Below are positions 36,721-50,388 of a DNA stretch of 64,000 nt, piece by piece. The position numbers and the translations under genes are program-made. The stretch comes from Takakia lepidozioides (Eukaryota; Plantae; Bryophyta). Numbering within the stretch: the first letter of the stretch is position 1; each line of letters begins with the position of its first letter. The stretch spans positions 3,658,001 through 3,722,000 of the forward strand of contig CM060734.1 in NCBI GenBank assembly GCA_030704615.1. The letters run 5' to 3'. The notes beneath the pieces are model-generated. The model saw nothing but the letters and a program-made list of their open reading frames with translations, searched no databases and had not been told where the DNA came from.

Positions 36721-39295
36721 GATGCTGCTTAACAGCGACCCATGGAGGGTCGCTGTGAGTATTTTTGCAAAAAAAAATTGGGGTGCGATCAGCGCCTTCA
36801 GGGGGGTCGCTACAAGTCCATATAATTAAATAACCCGATGTTGGTTACCTGCGACCCCCTAGGGGTCGCTGTCAGATTTTTGTGCAAATATTTTTTGGGG
36901 TGCTATCAGCGCCTTCCTGGGGGTCGCTTCAAGTCCCTAAACAATAGCCCGACGCTGATTAACAGCGACCCATGGGGGGTCGGTGTGAGTTTTTTTGTAA
37001 AATATTTTTGGGGTGCTATCGGCGCCTCCCTGGGGGTCGGTACATGTCCCTACGCTAACCCAACGCTGTTTAACAACGTCCCCTTGGAAGTCGCTTGCTG
37101 TTGTTGTTTTTTTTTATTAAAAAATCCATATTTGTGTGGGGTGCTACCAGCGACTCCCTGGGCATCGGTTGTAGTTCCCAAATATTTTACTGGGGGTGTT
37201 TAACAGCGACCACGAGGGGGTCATAGGTGTTTTTTCTTTCGCCATGTTTTCTAGGGTAATGCCATCGACGCCCGGGCGGTCACTGCCAGTTTTATTTGGG
37301 TTTCAAGATAACCCGACGGTGTTTGGCAACGACGTGTGGGGTGTCGGATCTGGTCGACTGCACATGATTTTTTTTAATTCCATTATCAAGCCATATGCTT
37401 AATGATAGCGTCTACAATGTGCGAGCCCTCACTTCTGGGTCATGAAGAGGTGCAGAAGGCGGAATTTGGTGTGAACAACTCCCAAGATTCCTACACCCAT
37501 TTCAGAGAATGAGATTGAGGTACATGTCAGGCCATCCAAATTTTCAGATACCCACTGTATGTATATAAAGTTGTTTATTCCTATATTTGTGGTAGCAAGA
37601 GCCGACACCTATTGTCCATCAGAAGTCGTCCATTGAACCAATATTGTATCATTTTAATCTGTCACTATGATCAGACATGTTTGGGGTTTGATAAGGATCA
37701 CACGCAGGCAAACTTCAACTCTAGTGCACGGTTTGCAGCGCTTCTCTGTATACACAATTGCATTTCACTTCTCAGTGCTATGGCAACCCAACGCAGATGG
37801 CATGAAGGTGCTATTGCTATTTTCAGGGATTGTTGGGGAGGGGGGAAGATAGCCCTCCACAAATCAGGCATAAAGCTCAAGGTAGGGGTTTCCATTCAGA
37901 TCATTTAAGGTACCCATCATTGCATTCAGGGTTGGTGGGAAGCAAGCAAGCATACTCATTCAAGTGATGAACGCAACTACGTGTCGTACAGACGGAAAAC
38001 AGTGTTTCGCCTGCACATGATTTTTTTTTTGTTCCATTCTCCAGCCATATGCTTAATGACAGTGTGTGCAATGTGCGTGCAAAATTTCGCAGCAAAAAAA
38101 AATCATCTGGACCCAAAACCATATTTTCTTCCCTCATTTGCACTCCAAGATTAAGTTCTCTTCAACTTCATGCACTCTTCATACAAAGTTTTGCAATAGT
38201 GACCCAAGATTTTTATTTTTATTTTTTCATTTTGTTTTGGTCCAATCTTTTGCATGGATGTAGTAGTCCAAAGTCTGAATTCAAAGAACAAAATAGAGCC
38301 AAAAATAAAATCATTACGCCCCTCAAATCCGCAATCCTAGATATTCTAAATCATAATACTTATTTAAAATTCATTAAAATTCGATTTAATACAAAATGGT
38401 TCTATTTAGTGACTCCATGGGGGTCGCTACTACTATCAGCGCCTTCCTTGAGATCGCTTCAAGTCCCTAAACAATAACCCGACGCTGTTGACAGCGACCC
38501 CTAGGCCGTTGCTGTCAGACTTTTTTGTCCATATTTTTGGGGGTGCTATCAGTGCCTTCCTGGGGGTCGCTTCAACTTATAACCCGACACTGCTTAACAG
38601 CGACCCATGGGGGGTTGCTATGAGTATTTTTGCAAAATATTTTTGGGATGCTATCAGCGCCTCCCTGGGGGTCGGTACATGTCCCTACGCTAATTACCCG
38701 ACGCTGTTTAACAGAGCCCCCTAGGGAGACTGTTGCTGTTTTTTTTGTTTTTTTTTCCCATGTTTGTGTGGGGTGCTACCAGCGACTCCCTGGGTGTCGG
38801 TTCGAGCTCCCAAATATATATTGGGGCGCGCGTAGTGACTGCTTAGGGGTTGTAGTCAGCTGTTTGTTAATAGCGACTGTAGAGAAGTCGGTAGGATACC
38901 GTCCATTCAGGGGTCGGTTACAGGTTTCCTACTCAAAAATCAGACTTTAAATTGAAATTAAATAATTAAAAATCAAAATCAGAACTTTAATAATCAAATT
39001 TCCCCGTTAACGCGACGCCCAGACGGTAGACAGTGTTAAAAATATATTTGGTTGGCCCAGAGGTCGTTTGGGGGGAAAAAACCCTAATCCGACCCCAGAG
39101 GGGTCGGATGGGGACCGTCGGCAGGGGCGTCGTAGGAAGAAACCGATGGGAAATCAACCCCGCGGTATTAGCGACGCCAGGGGGGTCGGTCCCAATGACT
39201 TAGTCATTTTGGGATCCTCATTTTGCTGGGATTTCAGTATAGCGACCCCTCAGGGGTCGGTAAAGTACCGACCCCTGGGCGCCCTCGGATCTGAA
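36540..39295. repeat. CACTA-type subterminal repeat region (GGGGTCGCT / AGCGACCCC in both orientations)
   Basis: Dozens of degenerate copies at 36540-37330 and 38410-39295, 3' of the CACTA tail. No intact TAGTG terminus seen. Confidence 0.6.
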
Positions 39296-39319
39296 TTGCA
39301 ATTTGTGCTTCAATTGTGA

Positions 39320-40390
39320 GTGAGTTGTGCGGTAGATTGATCTATGTGTCATTGAATAGCCTGAATGAGCGGGGCATATTTTTGGCGTTTTTCAAGTATG
39401 GAGGAGGCGGGGTAGTGGTCGTTACAGTATGTAAACTCAATGAAGTGTATAGTGAGTTCAGGGGACGGTATGCTAGGAGGCGAGGTGTCGATAGGCAACC
39501 CGAGCACCAGGAGGATGTTGGGGCATAGTCGGGCAGGGCATGTGCAAGGGGAACGGGGTCTACACGAGCATGGTAGTAGCCATGTGGGCACCATGTGGTC
39601 GGGAGGTCTACCATGGTAGGTGCCTGCATTGATGAGGGAGAACCAACGTGTTTCAGGTCTATTTAGGAGGAGTTTGTGGATGTGCCAGACGGCATGGTTA
39701 TGTCAGGTGACTCTGAGGCCATGAATGATAGGGTGTGTGCAGAGGCTAAGCAAATGTAGCCATGTATCCCGGGTCGGGTGTGTGTTCGCACATAGCGGGC
39801 AATTTGGGGAGGGATAGAAACGTGGCCAGAAGGTGTGTTTGCGTTGGTGGCCCATGTATTGGGCATATCTGAATTTGAGAGTCCGTCTGATTTGGGCATC
39901 TGTGGCAATATTGGTGCGCCAGAAATGGTTAGATAATTTATGACGAAGAACCTCCGAGTGTGTCCATTTATGGATATGTAGCTTGGTGAGGCTGGCGGAG
40001 GTCGAGGCTTGTTTATGGGCTTTGCGGGTAAGGGTGGTTGAGAGATTGCGGATAGGGCGAGGCAAATTGGGACCTGGAACTGGGTGGATGAACCAGAAGG
40101 GGTGCGTATGGGCAACGTGTATGGGTTTTGACGTAGGGTTCACCTCGGGACAAGTAGCCCCTTCGGCCATGTTGTTACCGGTGATGCCGGTGTGGGAGCG
40201 GACTTTAATGAAGTATATGGGTTGGTATAAGGAGATGGCAAGATGGGCAATGGCGAATATAAGGTTCATGTCGGAGTGGTAATGATGAGAGGAAGGGCGG
40301 GAGAGGTGGTTACGGATGAGAAAGAGTGAGGTGAGGCTGTCGGTAAAGATGTAGTGTGGGGGGGGGAATGAGGAGAGTTGGGTTTGCATG
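39320..40390 (-). mobile_element. Non-LTR retrotransposon 3' fragment: RNase H, CCHC knuckle and restriction-like endonuclease (Dualen/RandI-like)
   Basis: IFTDS…IKVRSHTGITGN; CPLC…DTWLHLLSLC; HNHAV; ARLCPNILLV (degenerate RPD)…FIEFTYCND…KRQKY. Confidence 0.65.
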
Positions 40391-41309
40391 CATATCAGTA
40401 AGAGCAGTCTCTAGAATGATATCTAGAACAAAACCAGCTTTGACAATGTCTGCATGGACCTCTTCGCCCTTCTCCAGGGCTCATAGATTGCATTCTCATG
40501 ATGTACTTTGTATACATTCGATTAACCGATTGATGTAAATATTTATTCTTGTTGTTCTTCTTTTGCGACTTTGCATATGTGATCTGGACATACTTAAGCA
40601 CATGTGGACCAAAGATGAGCATGAACCAAGTTCATTCAATGGATCATTCAAGTGATGAACGCAGCTACGTGTCGTAGAGACGGAAAACATTGTTTCGCCT
40701 GCACATGATTTGTTTTTATTCCATTCTCGAGCCATATGCTTAATGACAGCATGTGCAATGTGCATGCAAAATTTGGCAGTGAATATACGTCATCTGGACC
40801 CAAAAGCATATTTTCTTTCTTCATTTGCACTCCAAGGTTGAGTTCTCTTCAACTTCATGCACTCTTCATAGAGAGTTCTGCAAACTTTTATTTTCCAGCA
40901 TTTCTGATTTGTGAAATTGCTTAAATAGGATAGATGCACGTGGTGCATGTTATAGCCTGAAGGGCGTTGATTAAACTGATTGAACTTATTGAGTTGATGG
41001 GCTTAGAATCACCTTATTGAACTTGGTGAACCTATTGGATTATGATAGGTATTTTGGCCACTCCTTTGCTAAGACAACGTATTTTAGGCACTGGGGTAGG
41101 AAGCGTTGGCCCTTCCATCATAGATGACTTGAACTTAAGCATTCGGTGAAAGAGGGGCATTGGGAGACGAAGATTTTCCCTCTTCTTCCTAGGCTCGGCA
41201 GGTGCCTTGTGAAGGGATTAAAACATGTCCTGGCTATAGGCGGCTCGGGGGCCTAGGCGGTAGGAATTAGACAATAAAACACAAAGACTTGGAAGGCAAT
41301 TACTGAGTA

Positions 41310-41560
41310 CTATCCCAAGCAGTGTGGACATAACCAATCTCCATCAAGAACCTTCTCAAGAGGTGGTGTCAAGCATCCCATGTGCCAACCTCTTGAGCAT
41401 CGATCACACACCAGCATAGTGGTTGCCCCTTTGGCAGACCCACACAACATGCACCTCAAACCTGTAGGTACCACTGCCAAGTTTGGGTCAATCCTGCCAT
41501 CGACATTGGGGAGGTGACATGGCGCACAATTACGCACATGGTCCTTCCAAGTCATTTTTA
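41310..41560 (-). mobile_element. Putative retroelement C-terminus with a PHD finger
   Basis: CMLC…MLVCDRCSRGWHMGCLTPPL…WLCPHC (C4HC3), intronless, preceded by KDHVRNCAPCH. Confidence 0.75.
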
Positions 41561-42414
41561 GCACAAGCTCCTTTTCAGAAATGGGGTACTGATTTTGTAG
41601 GCCCCATTGCTCCAGCTTCTCGTAATGAACACAAACGGTACATATTGGTGGCTATTGAATATGTCACAAAATGGGCTGAGGCTCAAGCCACTCGAACTGA
41701 TACTGCTAAAGTTGTAGCCCAATTTTTGTATGAAAATATAATATCCAGATTTGACTGTCAATTGGAAATGATTAGCGGTCGTGGTACCCATTTCCTAAAT
41801 GCTACAATTGTTCAATTGACAAAACGATATACGAAAGACTACTCCTTATCATCCTCGAGCCAATGGACAGATAGAACGAACCAATGGGCTATTATGCGGC
41901 ATTTTAACTCGCACAGTCATGGGTGTTGGTACTGATTGGGACACTAAACTTTTTGGTGCACTTTGGGCATATCGCATAGCGACTACAGGATATACCCCAT
42001 TTCAATTGGTCACGGATTAGAAGCTATCATACCGATAAAATTGGAACTCCCAACCTTACCCATTGCGATAGCTGAACGTCTTTTTGATGACGAGTCTTCA
42101 CAAGCCCGTTTAATACGCTTAGAACAATTGGATGAAATTCGTAGGCATGCGTTACAAAACATTGAAGTTGCCCAAAGAAGGCGTAAGGATTATTATGATA
42201 GTCGGTTGAAGCCTAAAAATTTTAAAGTTTGTGACTTAGTACTGCTTTATGATAGTCGATTTCAGAAGTTCCTGGGAAATTAAAAATGCGTTGGTTAGGT
42301 CCTTATCGAGTCATAGAAGTATTTTCTAATGGATCAGTTCAATTGGTTACTTGGGATGGGGCTCCACTACCTACACGGATAAATGGAGATCGTATTAAGT
42401 TATATTATCATTAA
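41560..42414 (+). mobile_element. Non-chromovirus Ty3/Gypsy integrase, decayed
   Basis: PFQKWGTDFVGP…YVTKWAEA…IISRF…GTHF…RWLGPY…NGDRIKLY*. Confidence 0.9.
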
Positions 42415-42700
42415 CCCTGATACTGGTCCAATGTTAGGAAAGGGGGGTGATTATTGGGTATATTTATTTATTATTGGGTGTATTTTTTTATTTATTTTTA
42501 TTATAGGGAGTGATTTATTTATAATAGGTATAGTGTAAGTCAGGAGCGGGGCGGTTATAACTTACCGCTTCATTGTCTTCCTTCTGCTGAGCGATAGCAT
42601 ACTAAACTGTGAATGATAGAGAGTCAAATTGGGCATGGACAAAATTATATATTGAAAACTTAAGCAACAGAGAGAGTGAAGAAGAATATAATGGAGCACG

Positions 42701-45463
42701 ATGACAGGAAGAAAAAAATTGGTTAAAATGGGAGTTGTGCTACCAGCGGAGTTGGAAAGAATTGATGTGAGCCTATTGTTACCCAACAGAGAAAAAGAAG
42801 AAGTTTGGTATAATGCATGAGTGTTAAAATTCTTGAAATGGTCGAAGGATCTGCCACCAAAGTCGTTGAAATTGTTAATAGAGTATATGGAGAATGGGAT
42901 TGCCTATATCGTCATTGGAAGTAGAGATGGAGAAGTGTACGATGCTGAATCCAGGGCGGTACTTTGTAAGAGGAGAGAAGTCAAGAACGAAGGAGCATGG
43001 CTGGAAGGTGGCAGATGCAATAAATCCAAACATGATGTTGTGGATGCGTTTTATGAACAAGCAGTTGGCGCTGAAGCAGCAAGGTTCTTATCTATCTCTC
43101 AAACTATTGGAAGCTACAATTAGAACCATGCAGGGAATTAGGTATAAGTGGGCAGATTTTGTTGCCACCAGAATGCATGAGGAGTTGGGTTTGAGGAAGC
43201 GATCGCCCAAAATTGTACCTTTGCATTGTAGCAGTTATCTAACAGCGGTTATACAAAAGCAATTAGGGATCACAACATTGGGAGAGAAGGAGATTTTTGG
43301 TGGTGTAGGGATTACTAATGTCAAATCAGTTGAGACGACCATCTAGAAACCATTGGCAAAAAAAGGAAGTAGAAGCCGCACTGACAAACTCTATTATTGA
43401 GAAAGGGGAATGTTCTAAGAGTATACACGAAGGAGCTCCCACAAAGGAGAATGAGCAGTTACTTAACCAGGAAATGCCAACGGATAGAAAAGGGAATGAA
43501 TTAGCAGAGGCAGCACAACAAGGAGATCAGTCCGCAGTGTACTACTTACATCAGGCGTATTCGATCATGAAGAAGAAAGAGGCAGAATTGATAGAAGCAG
43601 CGAAGAAGGCGCAGAAGAGGATGGATGATGAAAAGGCAAAAGTAGCCCGGTATGCTGAGTTGCAGAGTACAAGAGAGAATGAGTTTCAAGCGGCACACAC
43701 TCGTCACTGTGAGGAGATAGTACAATGCAAGCAGGAGCAAAAGAAATTATCGATAGAGGTTGAGGACTTGAAGAAGCAAGTAGCAAAATTGCAAGATTTG
43801 GAACCAGAACTAGAGAAGTGACAGGAAGAATTGTTGGAAGCCAAGAAGCAATTGCAAGTTGCCAATCAAGAGGTGGAGCAGCATAATAAGGCGTGGATAG
43901 ATGATGAGGGTAGAGGTGAAATGAGTGAAGAGATTGTGCACCTGAGAGGAAGACTTAAGGCCTGTGAGGAGAAATCAGAGAAAGACATACTGCAGATGAG
44001 AGACATGTTCCAGAAATATAAAGAAGAGAGAGAAGGAGAGTATCAGATGACAATAGTGAGTTTGAAATCTCAAGCAGAGGAGAGCCTATTGGATATGGCT
44101 GAGAGATTAATCCAGTTGAAGGAGCAAATGTCTGCGGCTAATTCATTGGCAGAGGCTTATGATTTCGATGCCTGTTTGTTGAGAGCCACTTTGGGGGAGC
44201 CAGTAGAACAAAATCCCATTGATTTTAAACCAGTTTGGCACCAGTGTGTGGCCTTGGGGATTGAGAACCTATTAGCGGAGATGATCTTAAGAGGGGATAT
44301 TATGGTGGAGGACTTCACTGAGGTGTTCGTGGAGGTGGGTGATCTAGCGGGAAGAACTTTCCTGTACTACAGAGAGTTCGAACGCAACTTGGAGGCAAGA
44401 AGATTGAGAGCGAACTAGAGTTGATACTGGGTGTGTCAAATAGGGACACATGAGCTGGAGGAGATGACACCACCAAAACAAGAGGACTTGCAAAGATGGC
44501 AGGCCATTGCAGTGCAGTTGATTAAAGATATTGCAGTTCCACATTTGTTGCAAACCATGATTCATAACACTTATCACAGGATTCGAGAAATTGGTTTGTC
44601 TGCTGCGGCTTATATATTGCTCTACAATCATGTAGTGCAAAGGTTGATGAGATGGTTGCAGTCGTCTTCTTGGTCAGACATTTTAGGGGAAGGTTGGACC
44701 CAGGGTATGGAATTGGAAACTCCTGAGCCCAATAAAGTTGTTCAATGGATACAATCATGTCCGGAGCTCAAGATGCCACTCAATTGGCTTTATCCTTTGT
44801 TTGTGGGTAAATATCATATGTGTTTTGATGATCGGGAGGCCGGCCATATCCGAAATGGGAAGTAGTGCTCTAGATTACCATCAAACAATGAAGAAGGAGG
44901 AAATGGCTCAATTGGGAGAATGGGAAATGCCAGGAGAGAGAGAACCCATTCCTCATTCTATTTTGCAAAAATGGTCTTATTGTAAGTGTGCAAGAAGGGG
45001 CAAATGGAAGGAAAGAGAGACTATGACTACAGTACCCTACAATTGGCCATGGATTGTTGGGAATTTTGACACTCCAGAGAGTTCTTACAATGCTTATGCT
45101 GCATTTCAAGCAATTCATTCGATTCATCTCGATCCAATTTGTTTTCAGGCTTTGTTGTTTGCCGGGGTGTTGGCTCATTGGTGTTCAAAGTACGCAGTAG
45201 CTTTCAATGTCAATGTGAGGCAATTGAATAAGTATGAGTTTCAGCTATTGGCTAAGGTGCACTATCATCAGACGAAGATCATCAGAATTTTGGAGCTGAT
45301 GTGCCTCACTAGGTTTATTATTGGTGCGGATGAGACCTTATACGATGAGAGCGAGAAGAATCGCCATGATATCTTACATACTTTTTATGGTTGGCAGAAG
45401 CAGCAGAACCCAAATCTTAGGCATAGGTCGGAGGAGCCTGTTGGCAAGAGGTCAAGATATTAG
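42701..45463 (+). pseudogene. Large unknown ORF between integrase and 3' LTR (coiled coil plus a Cys/His-containing C-terminal domain)
   Basis: Consecutive ORF pieces totalling about 900 codons, with an E/K/Q-rich helical middle; stops and frameshifts. Confidence 0.6.
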
Positions 45464-45515
45464 GAAGCATAGAGGTAGTGTTTGCGGGGGCGCTACACAT
45501 GTAGGAGTAGGGCTA

Positions 45516-46049
45516 TGTAGAATAATAGTTATTTTTCTATTTGGTTAGAACGATGTTTAGAAAGCTAAGTAGAAGACATTGAAATCTGAATATAGAATTA
45601 TTTGGGCTCACAGGGCCCACCCCCGAAAGGGGGCAGTAGCCGCAAGGCGAAGTGGCTCTTAGTTCCGCCGGCTTGCCGGCGTCTTCTCTCTCTCTTATTT
45701 GGGCTTTTATTGAGTAAAATTGCAAAATCATCCAATTGGATGTAAATTGGGTAGAATTGGATGTAGAATTGGATGAAGAATTGGGGATGGACAAAATAAA
45801 ATTGGATGATAAATTGTAAGCTAGACTTAGAATTGGATGATTAATTGGATGATAAATGGGATGAATAATTGGGAAGTTAGAATTGGGTTGTTGAATAATT
45901 GGGTGGTTAGAATTGGGAGATTCGGCTGAACACGGTGAATCCAGAGTAGTGATATAAAAAGAGTGAATGTGAGAGAGAAGTTGTCATTTGAGCAAGAGTG
46001 CCCAGGCCCTAGCACTACGAGGCTAGTTGTCGTTTCCAATTCTTAGCAA
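45516..46049 (+). repeat. 3' LTR truncated at the duplication junction
   Basis: Starts TGTAGAATAAT after a purine tract; matches the first part of 54340-55286. Confidence 0.85.
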
Positions 46050-48149
46050 TTCATAGGTGTTTTTTCTTTCGCCATGTTTTCTAGGGTAATGCCATCGACG
46101 CCCGGGCGGTCACTGCCAGTTTTATTTGGGTTTCAAGATAACCCGACGGTGTTTGGCAACGACGTGTGGGGTGTCGGATCTGGTCGACTGCACATGATTT
46201 TTTTTAATTCCATTATCAAGCCATATGCTTAATGATAGCGTCTACAATGTGCGAGCCCTCACTTCTGGGTCATGAAGAGGTGCAGAAGGCGGAATTTGGT
46301 GTGAACAACTCCCAAGATTCCTACACCCATTTCAGAGAATGAGATTGAGGTACATGTCAGGCCATCCAAATTTTCAGATACCCACTGTATGTATATAAAG
46401 TTGTTTATTCCTATATTTGTGGTAGCAAGAGCCGACACCTATTGTCCATCAGAAGTCGTCCATTGAACCAATATTGTATCATTTTAATCTGTCACTATGA
46501 TCAGACATGTTTGGGGTTTGATAAGGATCACACGCAGGCAAACTTCAACTCTAGTGCACGGTTTGCAGCGCTTCTCTGTATACACAATTGCATTTCACTT
46601 CTCAGTGCTATGGCAACCCAACGCAGATGGCATGAAGGTGCTATTGCTATTTTCAGGGATTGTTGGGGAGGGGGAAGATAGCCCTCCACAAATCAGGCAT
46701 AAAGCTCAAGGTAGGGGTTTCCATTCAGATCATTTAAGGTACCCATCATTGCATTCAGGGTTGGTGGGAAGCAAGCAAGCATACTCATTCAAGTGATGAA
46801 CGCAACTACGTGTCGTACAGACGGAAAACAGTGTTTCGCCTGCACATGATTTTTTTTTTGTTCCATTCTCCAGCCATATGCTTAATGACAGTGTGTGCAA
46901 TGTGCGTGCAAAATTTCGCAGCAAAAAAAAATCATCTGGACCCAAAACCATATTTTCTTCCCTCATTTGCACTCCAAGATTAAGTTCTCTTCAACTTCAT
47001 GCACTCTTCATACAAAGTTTTGCAATAGTGACCCAAGATTTTTATTTTTATTTTTTCATTTTGTTTTGGTCCAATCTTTTGCATGGATGTAGTAGTCCAA
47101 AGTCTGAATTCAAAGAACAAAATAGAGCCAAAAATAAAATCATTACGCCCCTCAAATCCGCAATCCTAGATATTCTAAATCATAATACTTATTTAAAATT
47201 CATTAAAATTCGATTTAATACAAAATGGTTCTATTTAGTGACTCCATGGGGGTCGCTACTACTATCAGCGCCTTCCTTGAGATCGCTTCAAGTCCCTAAA
47301 CAATAACCCGACGCTGTTGACAGCGACCCCTAGGCCGTTGCTGTCAGACTTTTTTGTCCATATTTTTGGGGGTGCTATCAGTGCCTTCCTGGGGGTCGCT
47401 TCAACTTATAACCCGACACTGCTTAACAGCGACCCATGGGGGGTTGCTATGAGTATTTTTGCAAAATATTTTTGGGATGCTATCAGCGCCTCCCTGGGGG
47501 TCGGTACATGTCCCTACGCTAATTACCCGACGCTGTTTAACAGAGCCCCCTAGGGAGACTGTTGCTGTTTTTTTTGTTTTTTTTTCCCATGTTTGTGTGG
47601 GGTGCTACCAGCGACTCCCTGGGTGTCGGTTCGAGCTCCCAAATATATATTGGGGCGCGCGTAGTGACTGCTTAGGGGTTGTAGTCAGCTGTTTGTTAAT
47701 AGCGACTGTAGAGAAGTCGGTAGGATACCGTCCATTCAGGGGTCGGTTACAGGTTTCCTACTCAAAAATCAGACTTTAAATTGAAATTAAATAATTAAAA
47801 ATCAAAATCAGAACTTTAATAATCAAATTTCCCCGTTAACGCGACGCCCAGACGGTAGACAGTGTTAAAAATATATTTGGTTGGCCCAGAGGTCGTTTGG
47901 GGGGAAAAAACCCTAATCCGACCCCAGAGGGGTCGGATGGGGACCGTCGGCAGGGGCGTCGTAGGAAGAAACCGATGGGAAATCAACCCCGCGGTATTAG
48001 CGACGCCAGGGGGGTCGGTCCCAATGACTTAGTCATTTTGGGATCCTCATTTTGCTGGGATTTCAGTATAGCGACCCCTCAGGGGTCGGTAAAGTACCGA
48101 CCCCTGGGCGCCCTCGGATCTGAATTGCAATTTGTGCTTCAATTGTGAG

Positions 48150-49220
48150 TGAGTTGTGCGGTAGATTGATCTATGTGTCATTGAATAGCCTGAATGAGCG
48201 GGGCATATTTTTGGCGTTTTTCAAGTATGGAGGAGGCGGGGTAGTGGTCGTTACAGTATGTAAACTCAATGAAGTGTATAGTGAGTTCAGGGGACGGTAT
48301 GCTAGGAGGCGAGGTGTCGATAGGCAACCCGAGCACCAGGAGGATGTTGGGGCATAGTCGGGCAGGGCATGTGCAAGGGGAACGGGGTCTACACGAGCAT
48401 GGTAGTAGCCATGTGGGCACCATGTGGTCGGGAGGTCTACCATGGTAGGTGCCTGCATTGATGAGGGAGAACCAACGTGTTTCAGGTCTATTTAGGAGGA
48501 GTTTGTGGATGTGCCAGACGGCATGGTTATGTCAGGTGACTCTGAGGCCATGAATGATAGGGTGTGTGCAGAGGCTAAGCAAATGTAGCCATGTATCCCG
48601 GGTCGGGTGTGTGTTCGCACATAGCGGGCAATTTGGGGAGGGATAGAAACGTGGCCAGAAGGTGTGTTTGCGTTGGTGGCCCATGTATTGGGCATATCTG
48701 AATTTGAGAGTCCGTCTGATTTGGGCATCTGTGGCAATATTGGTGCGCCAGAAATGGTTAGATAATTTATGACGAAGAACCTCCGAGTGTGTCCATTTAT
48801 GGATATGTAGCTTGGTGAGGCTGGCGGAGGTCGAGGCTTGTTTATGGGCTTTGCGGGTAAGGGTGGTTGAGAGATTGCGGATAGGGCGAGGCAAATTGGG
48901 ACCTGGAACTGGGTGGATGAACCAGAAGGGGTGCGTATGGGCAACGTGTATGGGTTTTGACGTAGGGTTCACCTCGGGACAAGTAGCCCCTTCGGCCATG
49001 TTGTTACCGGTGATGCCGGTGTGGGAGCGGACTTTAATGAAGTATATGGGTTGGTATAAGGAGATGGCAAGATGGGCAATGGCGAATATAAGGTTCATGT
49101 CGGAGTGGTAATGATGAGAGGAAGGGCGGGAGAGGTGGTTACGGATGAGAAAGAGTGAGGTGAGGCTGTCGGTAAAGATGTAGTGTGGGGGGGGAATGAG
49201 GAGAGTTGGGTTTGCATGCA
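48150..49220 (-). mobile_element. Duplicate of the RNase H/endonuclease LINE fragment
   Basis: Copy within the tandem duplication. Confidence 0.65.
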
Positions 49221-50137
49221 TATCAGTAAGAGCAGTCTCTAGAATGATATCTAGAACAAAACCAGCTTTGACAATGTCTGCATGGACCTCTTCGCCCTTC
49301 TCCAGGGCTCATAGATTGCATTCTCATGATGTACTTTGTATACATTCGATTAACCGATTGATGTAAATATTTATTCTTGTTGTTCTTCTTTTGCGACTTT
49401 GCATATGTGATCTGGACATACTTAAGCACATGTGGACCAAAGATGAGCATGAACCAAGTTCATTCAATGGATCATTCAAGTGATGAACGCAGCTACGTGT
49501 CGTAGAGACGGAAAACATTGTTTCGCCTGCACATGATTTGTTTTTATTCCATTCTCGAGCCATATGCTTAATGACAGCATGTGCAATGTGCATGCAAAAT
49601 TTGGCAGTGAATATACGTCATCTGGACCCAAAAGCATATTTTCTTTCTTCATTTGCACTCCAAGGTTGAGTTCTCTTCAACTTCATGCACTCTTCATAGA
49701 GAGTTCTGCAAACTTTTATTTTCCAGCATTTCTGATTTGTGAAATTGCTTAAATAGGATAGATGCACGTGGTGCATGTTATAGCCTGAAGGGCGTTGATT
49801 AAACTGATTGAACTTATTGAGTTGATGGGCTTAGAATCACCTTATTGAACTTGGTGAACCTATTGGATTATGATAGGTATTTTGGCCACTCCTTTGCTAA
49901 GACAACGTATTTTAGGCACTGGGGTAGGAAGCGTTGGCCCTTCCATCATAGATGACTTGAACTTAAGCATTCGGTGAAAGAGGGGCATTGGGAGACGAAG
50001 ATTTTCCCTCTTCTTCCTAGGCTCGGCAGGTGCCTTGTGAAGGGATTAAAACATGTCCTGGCTATAGGCGGCTCGGGGGCCTAGGCGGTAGGAATTAGAC
50101 AATAAAACACAAAGACTTGGAAGGCAATTACTGAGTA

Positions 50138-50388
50138 CTATCCCAAGCAGTGTGGACATAACCAATCTCCATCAAGAACCTTCTCAAGAGGTGGTGTCAA
50201 GCATCCCATGTGCCAACCTCTTGAGCATCGATCACACACCAGCATAGTGGTTGCCCCTTTGGCAGACCCACACAACATGCACCTCAAACCTGTAGGTACC
50301 ACTGCCAAGTTTGGGTCAATCCTGCCATCGACATTGGGGAGGTGACATGGCGCACAATTACGCACATGGTCCTTCCAAGTCATTTTTA
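50138..50388 (-). mobile_element. Duplicate PHD finger fragment
   Basis: Copy within the tandem duplication. Confidence 0.75.
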
